64,000 nt of DNA from an uncultured beta proteobacterium (GCA_963734085.1 CAVTFT010000015.1:69912-133911); one strand, 5' to 3'; counted from the stretch's first letter, positions 34,176 through 44,311 are shown. Program-made: numbers and translations. The notes: generated by a model not told the origin, from the letters alone.

Positions 34176-34724
34176 ATGGCTGGGCGGCATCGACCTGCGG
34201 CGCGGGTTGCCGGCACCTTCGATGCTTTCGGGGTCGCCCGGCGAGGGGCGGCCCTCGCGGGAGCACTGGATGCATCGGCGCTGCCGCGGGTCGCCGACCG
34301 TCTGGCCGAAGGCGAAGCGCCGATCGCATGGCGGATCGCCGGCGCCGCGGACGCCCTCGGGCGTCCCGCGATCGAGGTGAGCCTCGAGGGCGCCGTCCCG
34401 CTCGAATGCCAGCGGTGCCTGCGGACGTTTTCCTGGCCCGTCGCGCAGCGTACGTTGCTGCTGCTCGCGCGCGACGAGGGCGATCTTGCGCAGCTCGATC
34501 AGAACGACGTCCACGAGGTCATCCTGGCCGCGACGCCCCAGGACCCGATGGCTCTGGTCGAGGATGAACTGCTGTTGACGTTGCCGTTCGCGCCGCATTG
34601 CGATCGCGACGATTGCACGGCGCGCACCGCGGCGATGGGCGATGCAGGAGTGGCGGCGGCATCGTCGGCGTTCGACGTGCTCGCCGGCCTCAAGTCCGAG
34701 CTGCCCAAAAAGCCCAAAGGCTGA
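34176..34724 (+). CDS. yceD: YceD-family (DUF177) large-subunit rRNA accumulation protein
   Basis: C-terminal CxxC...C pattern (LECQRCLRTF...PHCDRDDC) and a position immediately upstream of rpmF. Start chosen downstream of the promoter; the ORF-track start at 34131 is TTG. Confidence 0.8.
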   Translation: MAGRHRPAARVAGTFDAFGVARRGAALAGALDASALPRVADRLAEGEAPIAWRIAGAADALGRPAIEVSLEGAVPLECQRCLRTFSWPVAQRTLLLLARDEGDLAQLDQNDVHEVILAATPQDPMALVEDELLLTLPFAPHCDRDDCTARTAAMGDAGVAAASSAFDVLAGLKSELPKKPKG

Positions 34725-34767
34725 ACCACGCGAACGAACGGAAACAATCGACCGATAGGAGAACGTC

Positions 34768-34950
34768 ATGGCTGTCCAGCAGAACAAGAAGTCACCGTCC
34801 AAGCGCGGCATGCACCGCGCGCACGATTTCCTCGCCAAGCCGCCGCTCGCGGTGGAACCGGTGACCGGCGAGGCGCATCTGCGCCATCACATCAGCCCGA
34901 CCGGTTTTTACCGCGGCAAGAAAGTCGTCAAGACGAAGGGCGACGAGTAA
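34768..34950 (+). CDS. rpmF: 50S ribosomal protein L32
   Basis: 60 aa: [20 protein letters not shown]... AGGAGA Shine-Dalgarno upstream. Confidence 0.95.
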   Translation: MAVQQNKKSPSKRGMHRAHDFLAKPPLAVEPVTGEAHLRHHISPTGFYRGKKVVKTKGDE

Positions 34951-35094
34951 CGTCGACGCGTGCTGCCGCTTGCGGCGCATGAGACGCGGCGCCCGGCCCT
35001 CACGCGCCGCATCCGAGACAGGTAAACTGCCGGCTTCTGTGCCGGGCGCGCGCCTACGCGCGTGCCTTCCCAGGGCCATCATTCCGATCCCGAC

Positions 35095-36162
35095 ATGCCG
35101 GTCACGGTAGCCGTCGATGCGATGGGGGGCGACCACGGTCCCGCCGTCACAGTGCCCGCGGCGCTCCGCTTCCTCGAGGAAACGCCCGACGCGCGAATCA
35201 TCGCGGTCGGCCTCGAGGCGCCGATCAAGGCGGCGCTCGCGAAGCAGAAGTCTTCGGCTTCTGCACGCCTCGTGATTCACGCTGCGAGCGAGGTGGTCGA
35301 GATGCAGGAGCCGCCCGCCGACGCGCTGCGCAAGAAAAAGGATTCGTCGATGCGCGTCGCGATCAATCTCGTCAAGGACGGGACGGCGCAGGCGTGCGTC
35401 TCGGCTGGCAACACCGGGGCTCTGATGGCGATCTCGCGGTTCGTGCTGAAGACGTTGCCGGGAATCGATCGGCCGGCGATCGCTTCGCAGCTGCCGACGC
35501 GGACAGGCACCACGACGATGCTCGACCTCGGCGCCAACGTCAATTGCACGCCGGAGCAGCTGGTCCAGTTCGCCGTGATGGGAACGGCGCTTGCGGCGGC
35601 CGTCGAAGGCGTCGAGCGCCCCACGGTGGGCCTGCTCAATATCGGCGAGGAAGACATCAAGGGCAACGACGTCGTCAAGGCCACGGCGGAGCTTCTCAAG
35701 GGGTCGGACCTCAATTTCTTCGGCAACGTCGAGGGCACGGACATCTACAAGGGGACCACCGACGTCGTCGTTTGCGACGGCTTTGTCGGCAACGTTGCGC
35801 TCAAGGTCACCGAAGGCGTCGTGACGATGCTCTACGATTTCCTGAAGGCCGAATTCACTCGCAATCCGATGACCCGCCTCGCGGCGCTCGTCGCGTACCC
35901 GGTGCTCATGGCGTTCAAGCGCAAGGTCGATCCGCGCCGCTACAACGGTGCGACGCTGATCGGGCTGATGGGCGTCGTCGTCAAGAGCCATGGCGGCGCC
36001 GACGTACTCGCGTTCAAGCACGCGATTGCCAAGGCCCACGCTGAAGTCGCGCACGGCGTACAGGACCGGATCGCCCAGCGAATGGCCGCGATGCCATCGC
36101 GGAAAGCGCCGGCACGACTTGATGGCGAGTCGACACCCGCGGCCGCGGTTCCCGATGCATAG
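35095..36162 (+). CDS. plsX: phosphate acyltransferase PlsX
   Basis: [16 protein letters not shown]...[10 protein letters not shown]...LLNIGEE...[12 protein letters not shown] 35095 is preferred over the GTG at 35062. Confidence 0.93.
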   Translation: MPVTVAVDAMGGDHGPAVTVPAALRFLEETPDARIIAVGLEAPIKAALAKQKSSASARLVIHAASEVVEMQEPPADALRKKKDSSMRVAINLVKDGTAQACVSAGNTGALMAISRFVLKTLPGIDRPAIASQLPTRTGTTTMLDLGANVNCTPEQLVQFAVMGTALAAAVEGVERPTVGLLNIGEEDIKGNDVVKATAELLKGSDLNFFGNVEGTDIYKGTTDVVVCDGFVGNVALKVTEGVVTMLYDFLKAEFTRNPMTRLAALVAYPVLMAFKRKVDPRRYNGATLIGLMGVVVKSHGGADVLAFKHAIAKAHAEVAHGVQDRIAQRMAAMPSRKAPARLDGESTPAAAVPDA

Positions 36163-37111
36163 CCGGATTGTGGGGACCGGCAGCTACCTGCCTGCGCACA
36201 TCCTCACCAATCACGATCTCGCCAAACGGGTCGACACGAGCGACGCGTGGATCCGCGCGCGCACGGGGATTCGCGAGCGCCGGATCGCCGCGCCGGCCGA
36301 GCAGACGAGCGACCTGTCGGAACATGCGGCGCGCGCGGCGCTCGCGGCCGCGGGCATCGCACCGGCAGAGGTCGATCTCATCGTCGTCGCGACGACGACG
36401 CCCGACATGGTGTTTCCCTCCACGGCATGCATCCTGCAGGCGAAGCTCGGCGCCAAAGGCGGGCCCGCGTTCGACGTCCAGGCGGTGTGCAGCGGTTTCG
36501 TCTACGCGCTCGCCGTCGCCGACCGGATGGTCGCCTCGGGCATGGCGCGCAATGCACTCGTCGCCGGCGCCGAGATCTATTCGCGAATCCTCGACTGGAA
36601 CGATCGCGGCACCTGCGTGCTGTTCGGCGATGGCGCGGGCGCCGTCGTGCTGGTTCCCTCGCGCGTCCCCGGAATCCTGTCGGCGCATTTGCACGCGGAC
36701 GGGAGCTACCGCGAACTTCTTTGCGTGCCCGGGACGCTGGCCGAAGGCAGCGTCACCGGCTCGCCGTTCGTGAAGATGAATGGCGGCGCCGTATTCAAGT
36801 TCGCCGTTCGCGTGCTGGCCGAAGTCGCGCACGAAGCGCTCGCGGCCAACCGTGTCGGTCCCGACGCCATCGACTGGCTGATCCCGCACCAGGCCAATAT
36901 CCGGATCATCGACGCGACGGCGAAAAAACTAGGCGTGCCGATGGAGAAGGTCGTGACGACGGTCGAGCGCCACGCGAACACGTCGGCCGCCTCGATACCG
37001 CTTGCGCTCGACGAAGCGGTGCGCGACGGCCGCATCACCGAGGGCGAGCGCGTGCTGCTGCTCGGTGTGGGTGGCGGGTTCACGTGGGGCGCGGTGTTCC
37101 TGAACTGGTGA
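36155..37111 (+). CDS. fabH: beta-ketoacyl-ACP synthase III
   Basis: 318 aa: [43 protein letters not shown]...VCSGFVYAL...HQANIRI...GGGFTWG. Confidence 0.94.
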   Translation: MHSRIVGTGSYLPAHILTNHDLAKRVDTSDAWIRARTGIRERRIAAPAEQTSDLSEHAARAALAAAGIAPAEVDLIVVATTTPDMVFPSTACILQAKLGAKGGPAFDVQAVCSGFVYALAVADRMVASGMARNALVAGAEIYSRILDWNDRGTCVLFGDGAGAVVLVPSRVPGILSAHLHADGSYRELLCVPGTLAEGSVTGSPFVKMNGGAVFKFAVRVLAEVAHEALAANRVGPDAIDWLIPHQANIRIIDATAKKLGVPMEKVVTTVERHANTSAASIPLALDEAVRDGRITEGERVLLLGVGGGFTWGAVFLNW

Positions 37112-38058
37112 TGCAGGAGCGGCAATTGAAACTCGCGTTCGTCTTTCCGGGGCAGGGGTCGCAATCGGTCGGGATGATGGCCGGATTCGACGAGCATCCG
37201 ATCGTTCGCGCGACCTTCACCGAAGGGTCGGAGGTGCTCGGCGACGATCTGTGGACGCTCGTGAGCGATGGGCCCGAGGACCACCTGAATCGCACCGTCA
37301 ATACACAGCCGGTGATGTTGACGGCCGGGATTGCGGTCTGGCGCGCCTGGCAGGCAGCAGGTGGCGCGGCGCCGGCGATTGTCGCAGGCCACAGCCTCGG
37401 CGAATACTCGGCGCTCGTCGCGGCGGGGGCGCTGGCGTTCAGGGACGCCGTGCCGCTCGTGCGCTTTCGCGCGCAGGCGATGCAGGATGCGGTGCCGGCC
37501 GGCGTCGGCGCGATGGCAGCGATCCTTGGCCTCGATGCGACGGCGGTATCCGCGATCTGCGCGGACTCGGCGCAGGGACAAGTGGTCGAGCCGGTCAACT
37601 TCAACACGCCGGAGCAGATCGTGATCGCCGGTCATCGCGAAGCGGTCGAGCGCGCCATTGCCGCAGCAACGGCGCGCGGCGCGAAGCGTGGAATCCTTCT
37701 TCCGGTTTCCGCGCCGTTCCACAGCTCGCTCATGAAACCTGCCGCCGAAAGACTCGCGGCAATGCTTGCCACCGTCACGCTGCAGTCGCCGGCAACGCCC
37801 GTGCTGCACAACGTCGACGTCGAAGAAAAATCGACGCCCGAGGCGATTCGCGCCGCTCTCGCCCGGCAGGCGGCGAGCCCGGTGCGCTGGGTCGAGACGA
37901 TCCAGGCGATGGGCGCGCGCGGCGTTACGCACGTGGTCGAGTGCGGGCCCGGGCGCGTGCTGACCGGAATGACCAAGCGGATCGACCGCGGACTCAGGAG
38001 TTTCGCGCTCGATGCCGGCGCCGACATCGAGATCACGCGCGCGGCGCTCGCGAGCTGA
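37111..38058 (+). CDS. fabD: ACP S-malonyltransferase
   Basis: 315 aa: AFVFPGQGSQSVGMM...GHSLGEYSALV...APFHSSLM. TGATG overlap with fabH. Confidence 0.93.
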   Translation: MQERQLKLAFVFPGQGSQSVGMMAGFDEHPIVRATFTEGSEVLGDDLWTLVSDGPEDHLNRTVNTQPVMLTAGIAVWRAWQAAGGAAPAIVAGHSLGEYSALVAAGALAFRDAVPLVRFRAQAMQDAVPAGVGAMAAILGLDATAVSAICADSAQGQVVEPVNFNTPEQIVIAGHREAVERAIAAATARGAKRGILLPVSAPFHSSLMKPAAERLAAMLATVTLQSPATPVLHNVDVEEKSTPEAIRAALARQAASPVRWVETIQAMGARGVTHVVECGPGRVLTGMTKRIDRGLRSFALDAGADIEITRAALAS

Positions 38059-38069
38059 TGGGAGCCTCA

Positions 38070-38822
38070 ATGGGGAACGCAAGTCTGGACGGACAAATTG
38101 CGCTCGTGACCGGTGCGACGCGCGGCATCGGACAGGCGATCGCCAAAGCGCTCGCGGCCGCGGGCGCGAAGGTGGTCGGCACCGCGACGACCGACGAAGG
38201 CGCCGCGAAAATCACTGCGTATCTGCACGAGATCGGCAACGCCGGGACCGGCATCCGGCTCGATGTCAGCGATGGCACCGCGGTCGAGGCCGCGCTCGCC
38301 GACATCGAGACGCGCTTCGGCGCGGTAACGATCCTCGTCAACAACGCGGGCATTACGCGCGACAACCTGCTGCTGCGGATGAAGGACGACGAGTGGGACG
38401 CGATCATGGCGACCAACCTCAAGCCGACGTTTCGACTCGCGAAGGCGGTGCTCCGTGGAATGATGAAGGCACGCCACGGCCGGATCATCCAGATCGGCTC
38501 GGTCGTGGGCTCTTCGGGCAATCCGGGCCAGGCCAATTACGCGGCGGCCAAGGCCGCGTTGATCGGCTTCACCAAGTCGCTCGCGCAGGAAGTCGGCAGC
38601 CGCAACATCACCGTCAACTGCGTCGCGCCGGGGTTCATCGACACCGACATGACAAAGGCGCTGGGGGACGCGCAGCGCGAAAAGTTGCTGGAGCGGATTC
38701 CGCTCGGACGGTTGGGATCACCCGAGGACATCGCCGATGCCGTGGCGTTCCTCGCGTCGCCGCAGGCGGGCTACATCACCGGCGCGACGCTGCACGTCAA
38801 CGGCGGAATGTACATGACGTAA
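38070..38822 (+). CDS. fabG: 3-oxoacyl-ACP reductase
   Basis: 250 aa: [15 protein letters not shown]...NNAGITRD...[21 protein letters not shown] lies 6 nt upstream. An alternative ATG at 38058 is possible. Confidence 0.94.
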   Translation: MGNASLDGQIALVTGATRGIGQAIAKALAAAGAKVVGTATTDEGAAKITAYLHEIGNAGTGIRLDVSDGTAVEAALADIETRFGAVTILVNNAGITRDNLLLRMKDDEWDAIMATNLKPTFRLAKAVLRGMMKARHGRIIQIGSVVGSSGNPGQANYAAAKAALIGFTKSLAQEVGSRNITVNCVAPGFIDTDMTKALGDAQREKLLERIPLGRLGSPEDIADAVAFLASPQAGYITGATLHVNGGMYMT

Positions 38823-38988
38823 GCGGAAATTGAGCGTCGATGCGAGCGGTACGACGCAATTCGGCCTGCGGGATGATCCGCTGGCGAGCCTCGGGGACCG
38901 TCCCCGGCAGCAGGTGGAGAGGGGTCGCCCGCTTCTGGTAAAATCCGTAGGTTTTGAATCTCACCATCCCCGTTTCGGGAGGAGACGC

Positions 38989-39228
38989 ATGGAAAACGTT
39001 GAACAACGGGTCAAGAAGATCGTCGCCGAGCAACTCGGCGTTGCCGAGGCCGAAATCAAGAACGAATCGTCGTTCGTCGACGACCTGGGTGCCGACTCGC
39101 TCGACACCGTCGAGCTCGTGATGGCGCTCGAAGAGGAGTTCGAGACCGAGATTCCCGACGAGGAGGCCGAGAAGATCACGACGGTGCAGCAGGCGATCGA
39201 CTACATCGCTTCGCACGTCAAGAAATAA
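38989..39228 (+). CDS. acpP: acyl carrier protein
   Basis: 79 aa: [18 protein letters not shown]...[21 protein letters not shown]. Confidence 0.96.
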   Translation: MENVEQRVKKIVAEQLGVAEAEIKNESSFVDDLGADSLDTVELVMALEEEFETEIPDEEAEKITTVQQAIDYIASHVKK

Positions 39229-39402
39229 AGGGCCGTGCGGCGGGCGCCGGGACCGGCGCTCGATGTGTGCCGCCGGCAGTCGCAACGCGCCGCGCCTGAC
39301 GCGGCGGCGCCCCGAGAGGCGGCCCCCCACGGTCCCGGCCGTTCCGCCGATTCCTTCCCGAGTCCCGCATTTCGACATGACCACAGCAGGGCCGCCCCAA
39401 GA

Positions 39403-40644
39403 ATGAGCCGTCGCCGCGTCGTCGTCACCGGATTGGGGATCGTTTCGCCGGTCGGCATCGGCGTCGCCGCCGCGTGGGATGCGATCCTGCATGCGCGCTC
39501 CGGTGTCGGCCCCATCACGCGCTTCGACGCGTCGTCGTTCCCGACAAGGATCGCGGCGGAGGTCAAGCATTTCGATGTCGGCGCGCACCTGTCGGCCAAG
39601 GAAGCGCGGCGCTACGACACCTTTATCCATTACGGGCTCGTCGCGACGACGGAGGCCGTGAAAGACGCCGGCCTCGAAGCGTATGCCGGCGACAAGGAGC
39701 GCGTCGGCGTCTGCATCGGTTCGGGGATCGGCGGGCTGCCGCTGATCGAGTCGATGCAGATGGCGTTTCAGGACGGCGGCGTGCGCAAGATCTCGCCGTT
39801 CTTCGTGCCCGGCACGATCATCAACATGGTGGCGGGCCTGGCGTCGATCCACTATGGCTTCCAAGGCCCCAACCTTGCGATCGTCAGCGCGTGCTCGACC
39901 GCGAACCACAGCATCGGCGACGCCGCGCGGCTGATCGAATACGGCGACGCCGACGTCATGGTCGCTGGCGGTACCGAGGCCACGGTGAGCGCGCTCGGCG
40001 TCGGCGGCTTCTGCGCGGCGCGCGCGCTGTCCACGCGCAACGACGATCCGGCCACCGCTTCGCGGCCGTGGGACACGGGTCGCGACGGCTTCGTGCTGGG
40101 GGAGGGCGCCGGCGTGCTCGTGCTCGAAGAATACGACCATGCGAAGGCGCGCGGCGCGCGCATCTACTGCGAGCTTGCCGGTTACGGGATGAGCGCCGAC
40201 GCGCATCACATCACCGCACCGCCCGAGGATGGCCGCGGCGCTGCGCGCAGCATGACGAACGCGTTGAAGAACGCGCAGATGAACGCCCTCGAGATCGATT
40301 ACATCAACGCGCACGGGACGTCGACGCCGCTGGGCGACCTCGCCGAGTGCATCGCCGTGAAGCGCGCGTTCGGCGATCGCGCAAAGGCGATCGCGGTCAG
40401 CTCGACCAAGTCGATGACGGGACATCTGTTGGGCGCAGCCGGCGGTATCGAGGCCGTATTTACGGCGCTCGCGCTGCGCGACCAGATCGCGCCGCCGACG
40501 GCAAACCTGGTCGACCCTGATCCGCAGTGCGACCTCGATTTCGTCCCGCTCACCGCGCGGCCGATGAAGATTCGCGGCGCGTTGTCCAATTCGTTCGGCT
40601 TCGGCGGCACCAACGCGACACTCGCTTTCCGCGCGATCGGCTGA
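39403..40644 (+). CDS. fabF: beta-ketoacyl-ACP synthase II
   Basis: 413 aa: RRVVVTGLGIVSPVG...SACSTANHSIG...NAHGTSTPLGD...NSFGFGGTNATLAF. Confidence 0.95.
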   Translation: MSRRRVVVTGLGIVSPVGIGVAAAWDAILHARSGVGPITRFDASSFPTRIAAEVKHFDVGAHLSAKEARRYDTFIHYGLVATTEAVKDAGLEAYAGDKERVGVCIGSGIGGLPLIESMQMAFQDGGVRKISPFFVPGTIINMVAGLASIHYGFQGPNLAIVSACSTANHSIGDAARLIEYGDADVMVAGGTEATVSALGVGGFCAARALSTRNDDPATASRPWDTGRDGFVLGEGAGVLVLEEYDHAKARGARIYCELAGYGMSADAHHITAPPEDGRGAARSMTNALKNAQMNALEIDYINAHGTSTPLGDLAECIAVKRAFGDRAKAIAVSSTKSMTGHLLGAAGGIEAVFTALALRDQIAPPTANLVDPDPQCDLDFVPLTARPMKIRGALSNSFGFGGTNATLAFRAIG

Positions 40645-40697
40645 ACGCTTGGCGCGCGCACCGCGCGTGCCGCATAATCATTCGCGCATCATCGTCC

Positions 40698-41945
40698 ATG
40701 GCCCTGATCGTCCAGAAATACGGCGGCACCTCGGTCGGCAGCATCGACCGGATCAAGAACGTCGCCCGCCGCGTCGCCCGCTTTCATCGCGAAGGCCACC
40801 AGCTCGTCGTCGTGGTGTCGGCTATGGCGGGCGAGACCAATCGGTTGCTCGCACTCGCGAAGGAGCTGTCGCCCAACCCGGATCCGCGCGAGTTGGACGT
40901 GGTCGCCGCGACGGGCGAGCAGGTCACGATCGGGCTCCTCGCCATCGCCCTGCGCGAGATGGGCCTCAAGGCGCGGAGCTATACCGGTGGACAGGTGGGG
41001 ATGCTCACGGACAATGCATTCACCAAAGCGCGCATCCTCTCGATCGACGAGGAACGGATGCGCGCCGATCTGACGGAAGGTACGATCGTCATCGTCGCGG
41101 GCTTCCAGGGGGTGGACGCCGAGGGCAACATCACGACGCTCGGGCGCGGCGGCTCGGACACGTCGGGTGTGGCGCTCGCCGCGGCGCTGACCGCAGACGA
41201 ATGCCAGATCTACACCGACGTCGACGGCGTCTACACCACAGATCCGCGAATCGTGCCCGAGGCGCGACGGCTCGACACCGTCACCTTCGAGGAAATGCTC
41301 GAAATGGCGAGCCTGGGCTCGAAGGTGCTGCAGATCCGCTCGGTCGAGTTCGCCGGCAAGTACAAGGTGAAGCTCCGCGTGCTGTCGTCGTTCGAGGACC
41401 CGGAGGCGACGTCGCCGGGCACGCTCATCACGTTCGAGGAAGACGAAGACATGGAACAGGCGATCATTTCCGGCATCGCGTTCACGCGCGACGAAGCCAA
41501 GATCTCGGTCATGGGTGTCGAGGACAAGCCGGGTGTCGCGCATGCGATCCTGGGTCCCATCGCCGATGCCAACATCGACGTTGACATGATCGTGCAGAAC
41601 ATCGGCGCGTCCGGCCACACCGACTTCTCGTTCACCGTGAACCGGACCGAATACCAGAAGGCGCTCGACGTGCTCGCGCGCGAGCGCGGCAAGATCTTCA
41701 AGGCGCGCGAGATCATCGGCGACAACCGGATCTGCAAGGTGTCGGTGGTCGGCATCGGCATGCGCTCGCATACCGGCATCGCGAGCAAGATGTTCCGCAC
41801 GCTCGCCGACGAGGCGATCAACATCCAGATGATCTCGACGTCCGAAATCAAGATCTCGGTCGTGATCGATGAAAAGTACCTCGAACTCGCCGTGCGCGTG
41901 CTGCATCGCGCGTTCGAGCTGGACAAGGCGCCGGAGGAAGCGTAG
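40698..41945 (+). CDS. lysC: aspartate kinase
   Basis: MALIVQKYGGTSVGSIDRIKNVA...VVVSAMAGETNRL...two C-terminal ACT domains. Confidence 0.94.
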   Translation: MALIVQKYGGTSVGSIDRIKNVARRVARFHREGHQLVVVVSAMAGETNRLLALAKELSPNPDPRELDVVAATGEQVTIGLLAIALREMGLKARSYTGGQVGMLTDNAFTKARILSIDEERMRADLTEGTIVIVAGFQGVDAEGNITTLGRGGSDTSGVALAAALTADECQIYTDVDGVYTTDPRIVPEARRLDTVTFEEMLEMASLGSKVLQIRSVEFAGKYKVKLRVLSSFEDPEATSPGTLITFEEDEDMEQAIISGIAFTRDEAKISVMGVEDKPGVAHAILGPIADANIDVDMIVQNIGASGHTDFSFTVNRTEYQKALDVLARERGKIFKAREIIGDNRICKVSVVGIGMRSHTGIASKMFRTLADEAINIQMISTSEIKISVVIDEKYLELAVRVLHRAFELDKAPEEA

Positions 41946-41969
41946 CGCGCGGTTTGCCGCCGTTGCGCG

Positions 41970-41999
41970 TTTGACCGGACACGTGCGCAACCTCTACAA
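41970..41999 (+). promoter_or_regulatory. putative sigma70 promoter of tRNA-Ser
   Basis: TTGACC (41970-41975), 18 nt spacer, TACAAT (41994-41999), 13 nt before the mature tRNA 5' end. Confidence 0.5.
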
Positions 42000-42012
42000 T
42001 CACAGCCGTTCC

Positions 42013-42106
42013 GGAGACGTGGCCGAGTGGTCGAAGGCACTCCCCTGCTAAGGGAGCATACGCCCAAAAAGGTGTATCCAGGGTTCGAATCCCTGCGTCT
42101 CCGCCA
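42013..42106 (+). tRNA. tRNA-Ser (anticodon GCU), CCA encoded
   Basis: Acceptor stem GGAGACG pairs with CGTCTCC. Anticodon arm CTCCC-CTGCTAA-GGGAG. Long variable arm. T-arm CAGGG-TTCGAAT-CCCTG. Confidence 0.9.
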
Positions 42107-42448
42107 TATCGCCATTTTCCGGTCCCGGCCAGTCCCATCCGATCCCGCCCGGCGCTTCGACATAAGGCAGCGCCGCAGGGTGTTCCTCAAAAGAAAATTC
42201 GCCCGACAGTCAGTCGGATTCGCGGCCGGTCGCGACCATTTGCGACCTTGAGCGCGGTCGTATGTTGGCCTAGTATGTTTTCGAGGGAGCGCGCCAGGCC
42301 GTATGTTCCGGGTGGCGCATCCCATGGTGGCAACAGAAAAATGCTGACGTTGCTGTTCCGCCGCTGCCGATAAACAGCGGCGCCGCAACCGCGCTGCCTC
42401 GTAACTAGGCTCGGGTCACCGCAAACCAGCGTTCAGAAGAAAACAACC

Positions 42449-43126
42449 ATGAATCCGACCATATCAATCGTGAATCGTTCTCGAACTGTTTCTGACGCGG
42501 ACGTGAAGCGCAACCTCCGCGCGCTACAGAAACAAATTACCAGAGACTTTGAACCAGCCTGGGGTTGGGGCGCAAACCTCAGATTCGAGGCGACGAAATT
42601 CGATATGAAAATGGTGGTTAGAGATCACAGCAAGGGCGGTGACCTTGGTTTTCACATCGAAGGCGGCAAACCGGTCGGTTACATCTATGCCAAAGACGAC
42701 ATAGAGGATGCGGGTGATTACACTTCGACGCTCTCGCACGAACTCCTGGAGATGATCGCTGACCCTAACGTGAACCTCTACGCCAACGGCCCCTTCCGCT
42801 TCAAGGGCCGACGCAGAGTAGGATTCTTCGCTCTCGAGGTCTGCGATCCGGTCCAGGAAAACTACTACAAGATTGACGGCGTGAGGGTACAGGACTTTGT
42901 CCTGCCGGAATGGTTCGAGGAATACCATAAGAAAGGCAGCATGAAGATGGATCACATGGGCGTGCTTGACGCGCCATTCACGCTGGCTGAAGGCGGTTAT
43001 GTTGATGTGTTCTCCAGAGGCAGATGGCACTCCCTGACGGGACCGAAGGCAATGCCCAAGCCTCAACGGCATCGATTGCTAACTAGAATGAGCGTGCTGC
43101 GAAATGCGGTCTTGCCTCCAGCATAG
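42449..43126 (+). CDS. orphan hypothetical protein, 225 aa, with SHELLEM motif
   Basis: Clean ORF in a visibly AT-richer stretch. No competing long ORFs except its own antisense. No signal peptide or TM helix. Motifs are DFEPAWGWG, GFHIEGGKPVGYIY, TLSHELLEMIADPNVN and EVCDPV. I recognise no family. Confidence 0.65.
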   Translation: MNPTISIVNRSRTVSDADVKRNLRALQKQITRDFEPAWGWGANLRFEATKFDMKMVVRDHSKGGDLGFHIEGGKPVGYIYAKDDIEDAGDYTSTLSHELLEMIADPNVNLYANGPFRFKGRRRVGFFALEVCDPVQENYYKIDGVRVQDFVLPEWFEEYHKKGSMKMDHMGVLDAPFTLAEGGYVDVFSRGRWHSLTGPKAMPKPQRHRLLTRMSVLRNAVLPPA

Positions 43127-43249
43127 CTCTGGAATTTCAATCGAGGCCAGCGCGGACACGAGACCGGGGGGGCACGAATCCGACTTCGACCCTCGCCGGC
43201 GGGACCCGCGGAGCGACTTTCACTGTCGAGTTGGATGGATACACAGCGG

Positions 43250-43393
43250 CTATGTCGCCACCGTTGTGAAGGCCGGCTCCACGAAGTACTTCATCCCGCC
43301 GCTGCCCATCGTGCCGCACGCGGGCAGGCTGCCCACGGCGAACGCGAGGGCCATCGCTACGACCATCCTGAATCTGCGCCACATTCGACTCAT
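43250..43393 (-). CDS. possible 47-aa lipoprotein
   Basis: MSRMWRRFRMVVAMALAFAVGSLPACGTMGSGG...: basic N-terminus, hydrophobic core and a lipobox-like LPAC. GGGGG lies 6 nt upstream of the ATG. Short, so weakly supported. Confidence 0.35.
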   Translation of the reverse strand: MSRMWRRFRMVVAMALAFAVGSLPACGTMGSGGMKYFVEPAFTTVAT

Positions 43394-43546
43394 CTCGACC
43401 CCCGTTGCGGTCAGCCTGTCGTAACGAACGAACAATTCGTCGCTCGCGGTTATTCCTTGGGGTGCAGCGGGGCGCTGGCAATAACTCGCACGAGGTCCGG
43501 CCGCTGCATGCACAAAGAGCTGTTCAACGTTGGAGGAGACCACGTC

Positions 43547-43963
43547 ATGAGCAAGCTGACCATTGCGCTTTGCGCCTGCGCGTTCGCATTCGGCCCGGCG
43601 TCGGCGCAGGCCGACGACAGCGACAAGAATCCGCCGGAAGAAAAGGCTGCCGCGAAAGGCGAGCCGGCGGCCAAGAAGGATTGGCCGACTAAGCGGGAAA
43701 AGCAGGAGGCGGCGGCAGCGGCGGCGCGCGAGCGCGCGGAACGTGCAGAGCCGAAGGAGCGGCCGTTGGTCAGCGACTTCGGCCCGCCCAGCGTGAACGC
43801 TTCCGATCCGTCCAAGGTGAAGCCGAAGCCATCGCCGGCGGAGAAGGAGAGGGAGAAAGAGAAGAAGGAGAGGGAGAAGGAGAAGGAGAAGGAGAAGAAG
43901 TCGACGCCAAGCGACTCCGCCTCGGCGCCGGCACGAGACCCAGCGCCGACCGGGAAGCAATGA
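43547..43963 (+). CDS. secreted low-complexity Glu/Lys/Ala/Pro-rich protein
   Basis: GGAGGA Shine-Dalgarno 9 nt upstream of ATG 43547. Signal peptide MSKLTIALCACAFAFGPASAQA. The remainder looks disordered, ending in EKEREKEKKEREKEKEKEKK. Confidence 0.6.
   Translation: MSKLTIALCACAFAFGPASAQADDSDKNPPEEKAAAKGEPAAKKDWPTKREKQEAAAAAARERAERAEPKERPLVSDFGPPSVNASDPSKVKPKPSPAEKEREKEKKEREKEKEKEKKSTPSDSASAPARDPAPTGKQ
43840..43900 (+). repeat. 61-nt uninterrupted homopurine (GA) tract
   Basis: Positions 43840-43900 contain only G and A, as GAGAAG/GAGAGG repeats, inside the secreted-protein gene. Confidence 0.9.
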
Positions 43964-43982
43964 GCTTCGAAGATCTCGTGCG

Positions 43983-44273
43983 GTGGCCGACCCGCCGCAT
44001 TCGCCCACTGTGAGTTTCGTGTCCACGGAGCTTGCCGGCATTTCGGCGGCGCTCGTCGATGCACTCGCCGAAGCGCGCCACTTCGTCGAGCGCGGCGAAT
44101 TCGGAGCGCCGCTGCGCGAAGTCCTGACCTTCGCCCGCGATCTCCTGGTCCTCGCCGACGAGGCGCTCGCCGCGGATCCCCATTTGGGTGAGCACGCGCG
44201 CGGCCTTGCGATGCAAATGGCCGAGCAAATCGCGACGCTGGAAGCGTTGCTGGGTCCGATCGTCGGTGGTTAG
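43983..44273 (+). CDS. hypothetical small helical protein (uncertain)
   Basis: 96-aa ORF with a GTG start and no recognisable motif. High-GC DNA makes chance ORFs likely. Confidence 0.3.
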   Translation: MADPPHSPTVSFVSTELAGISAALVDALAEARHFVERGEFGAPLREVLTFARDLLVLADEALAADPHLGEHARGLAMQMAEQIATLEALLGPIVGG

Positions 44274-44311
44274 GGAGGGGTTGCGCTGCGGCCTGGTTAC
44301 GATCCGCCACG

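Noticed and set aside
40645-40697. Lysine riboswitch or leader upstream of lysC.
   Set aside because: The fabF-lysC gap is only about 50 nt, too short for an L-box. No conserved riboswitch elements were seen.
43104-43481. ORFs 43104..43424 + (106 aa) and 43137..43481 - (114 aa) between the orphan gene and the EK-repeat gene.
   Set aside because: Arg-rich or featureless translations with no start context. Only the short lipoprotein-like frame (43250-43393, minus) has any supportive features.
43840-43900. GA-rich tandem repeats as a CRISPR array or other spacer-repeat locus.
   Set aside because: The repeat unit is 6 nt with no spacers, and it lies in frame inside a signal-peptide-bearing ORF.
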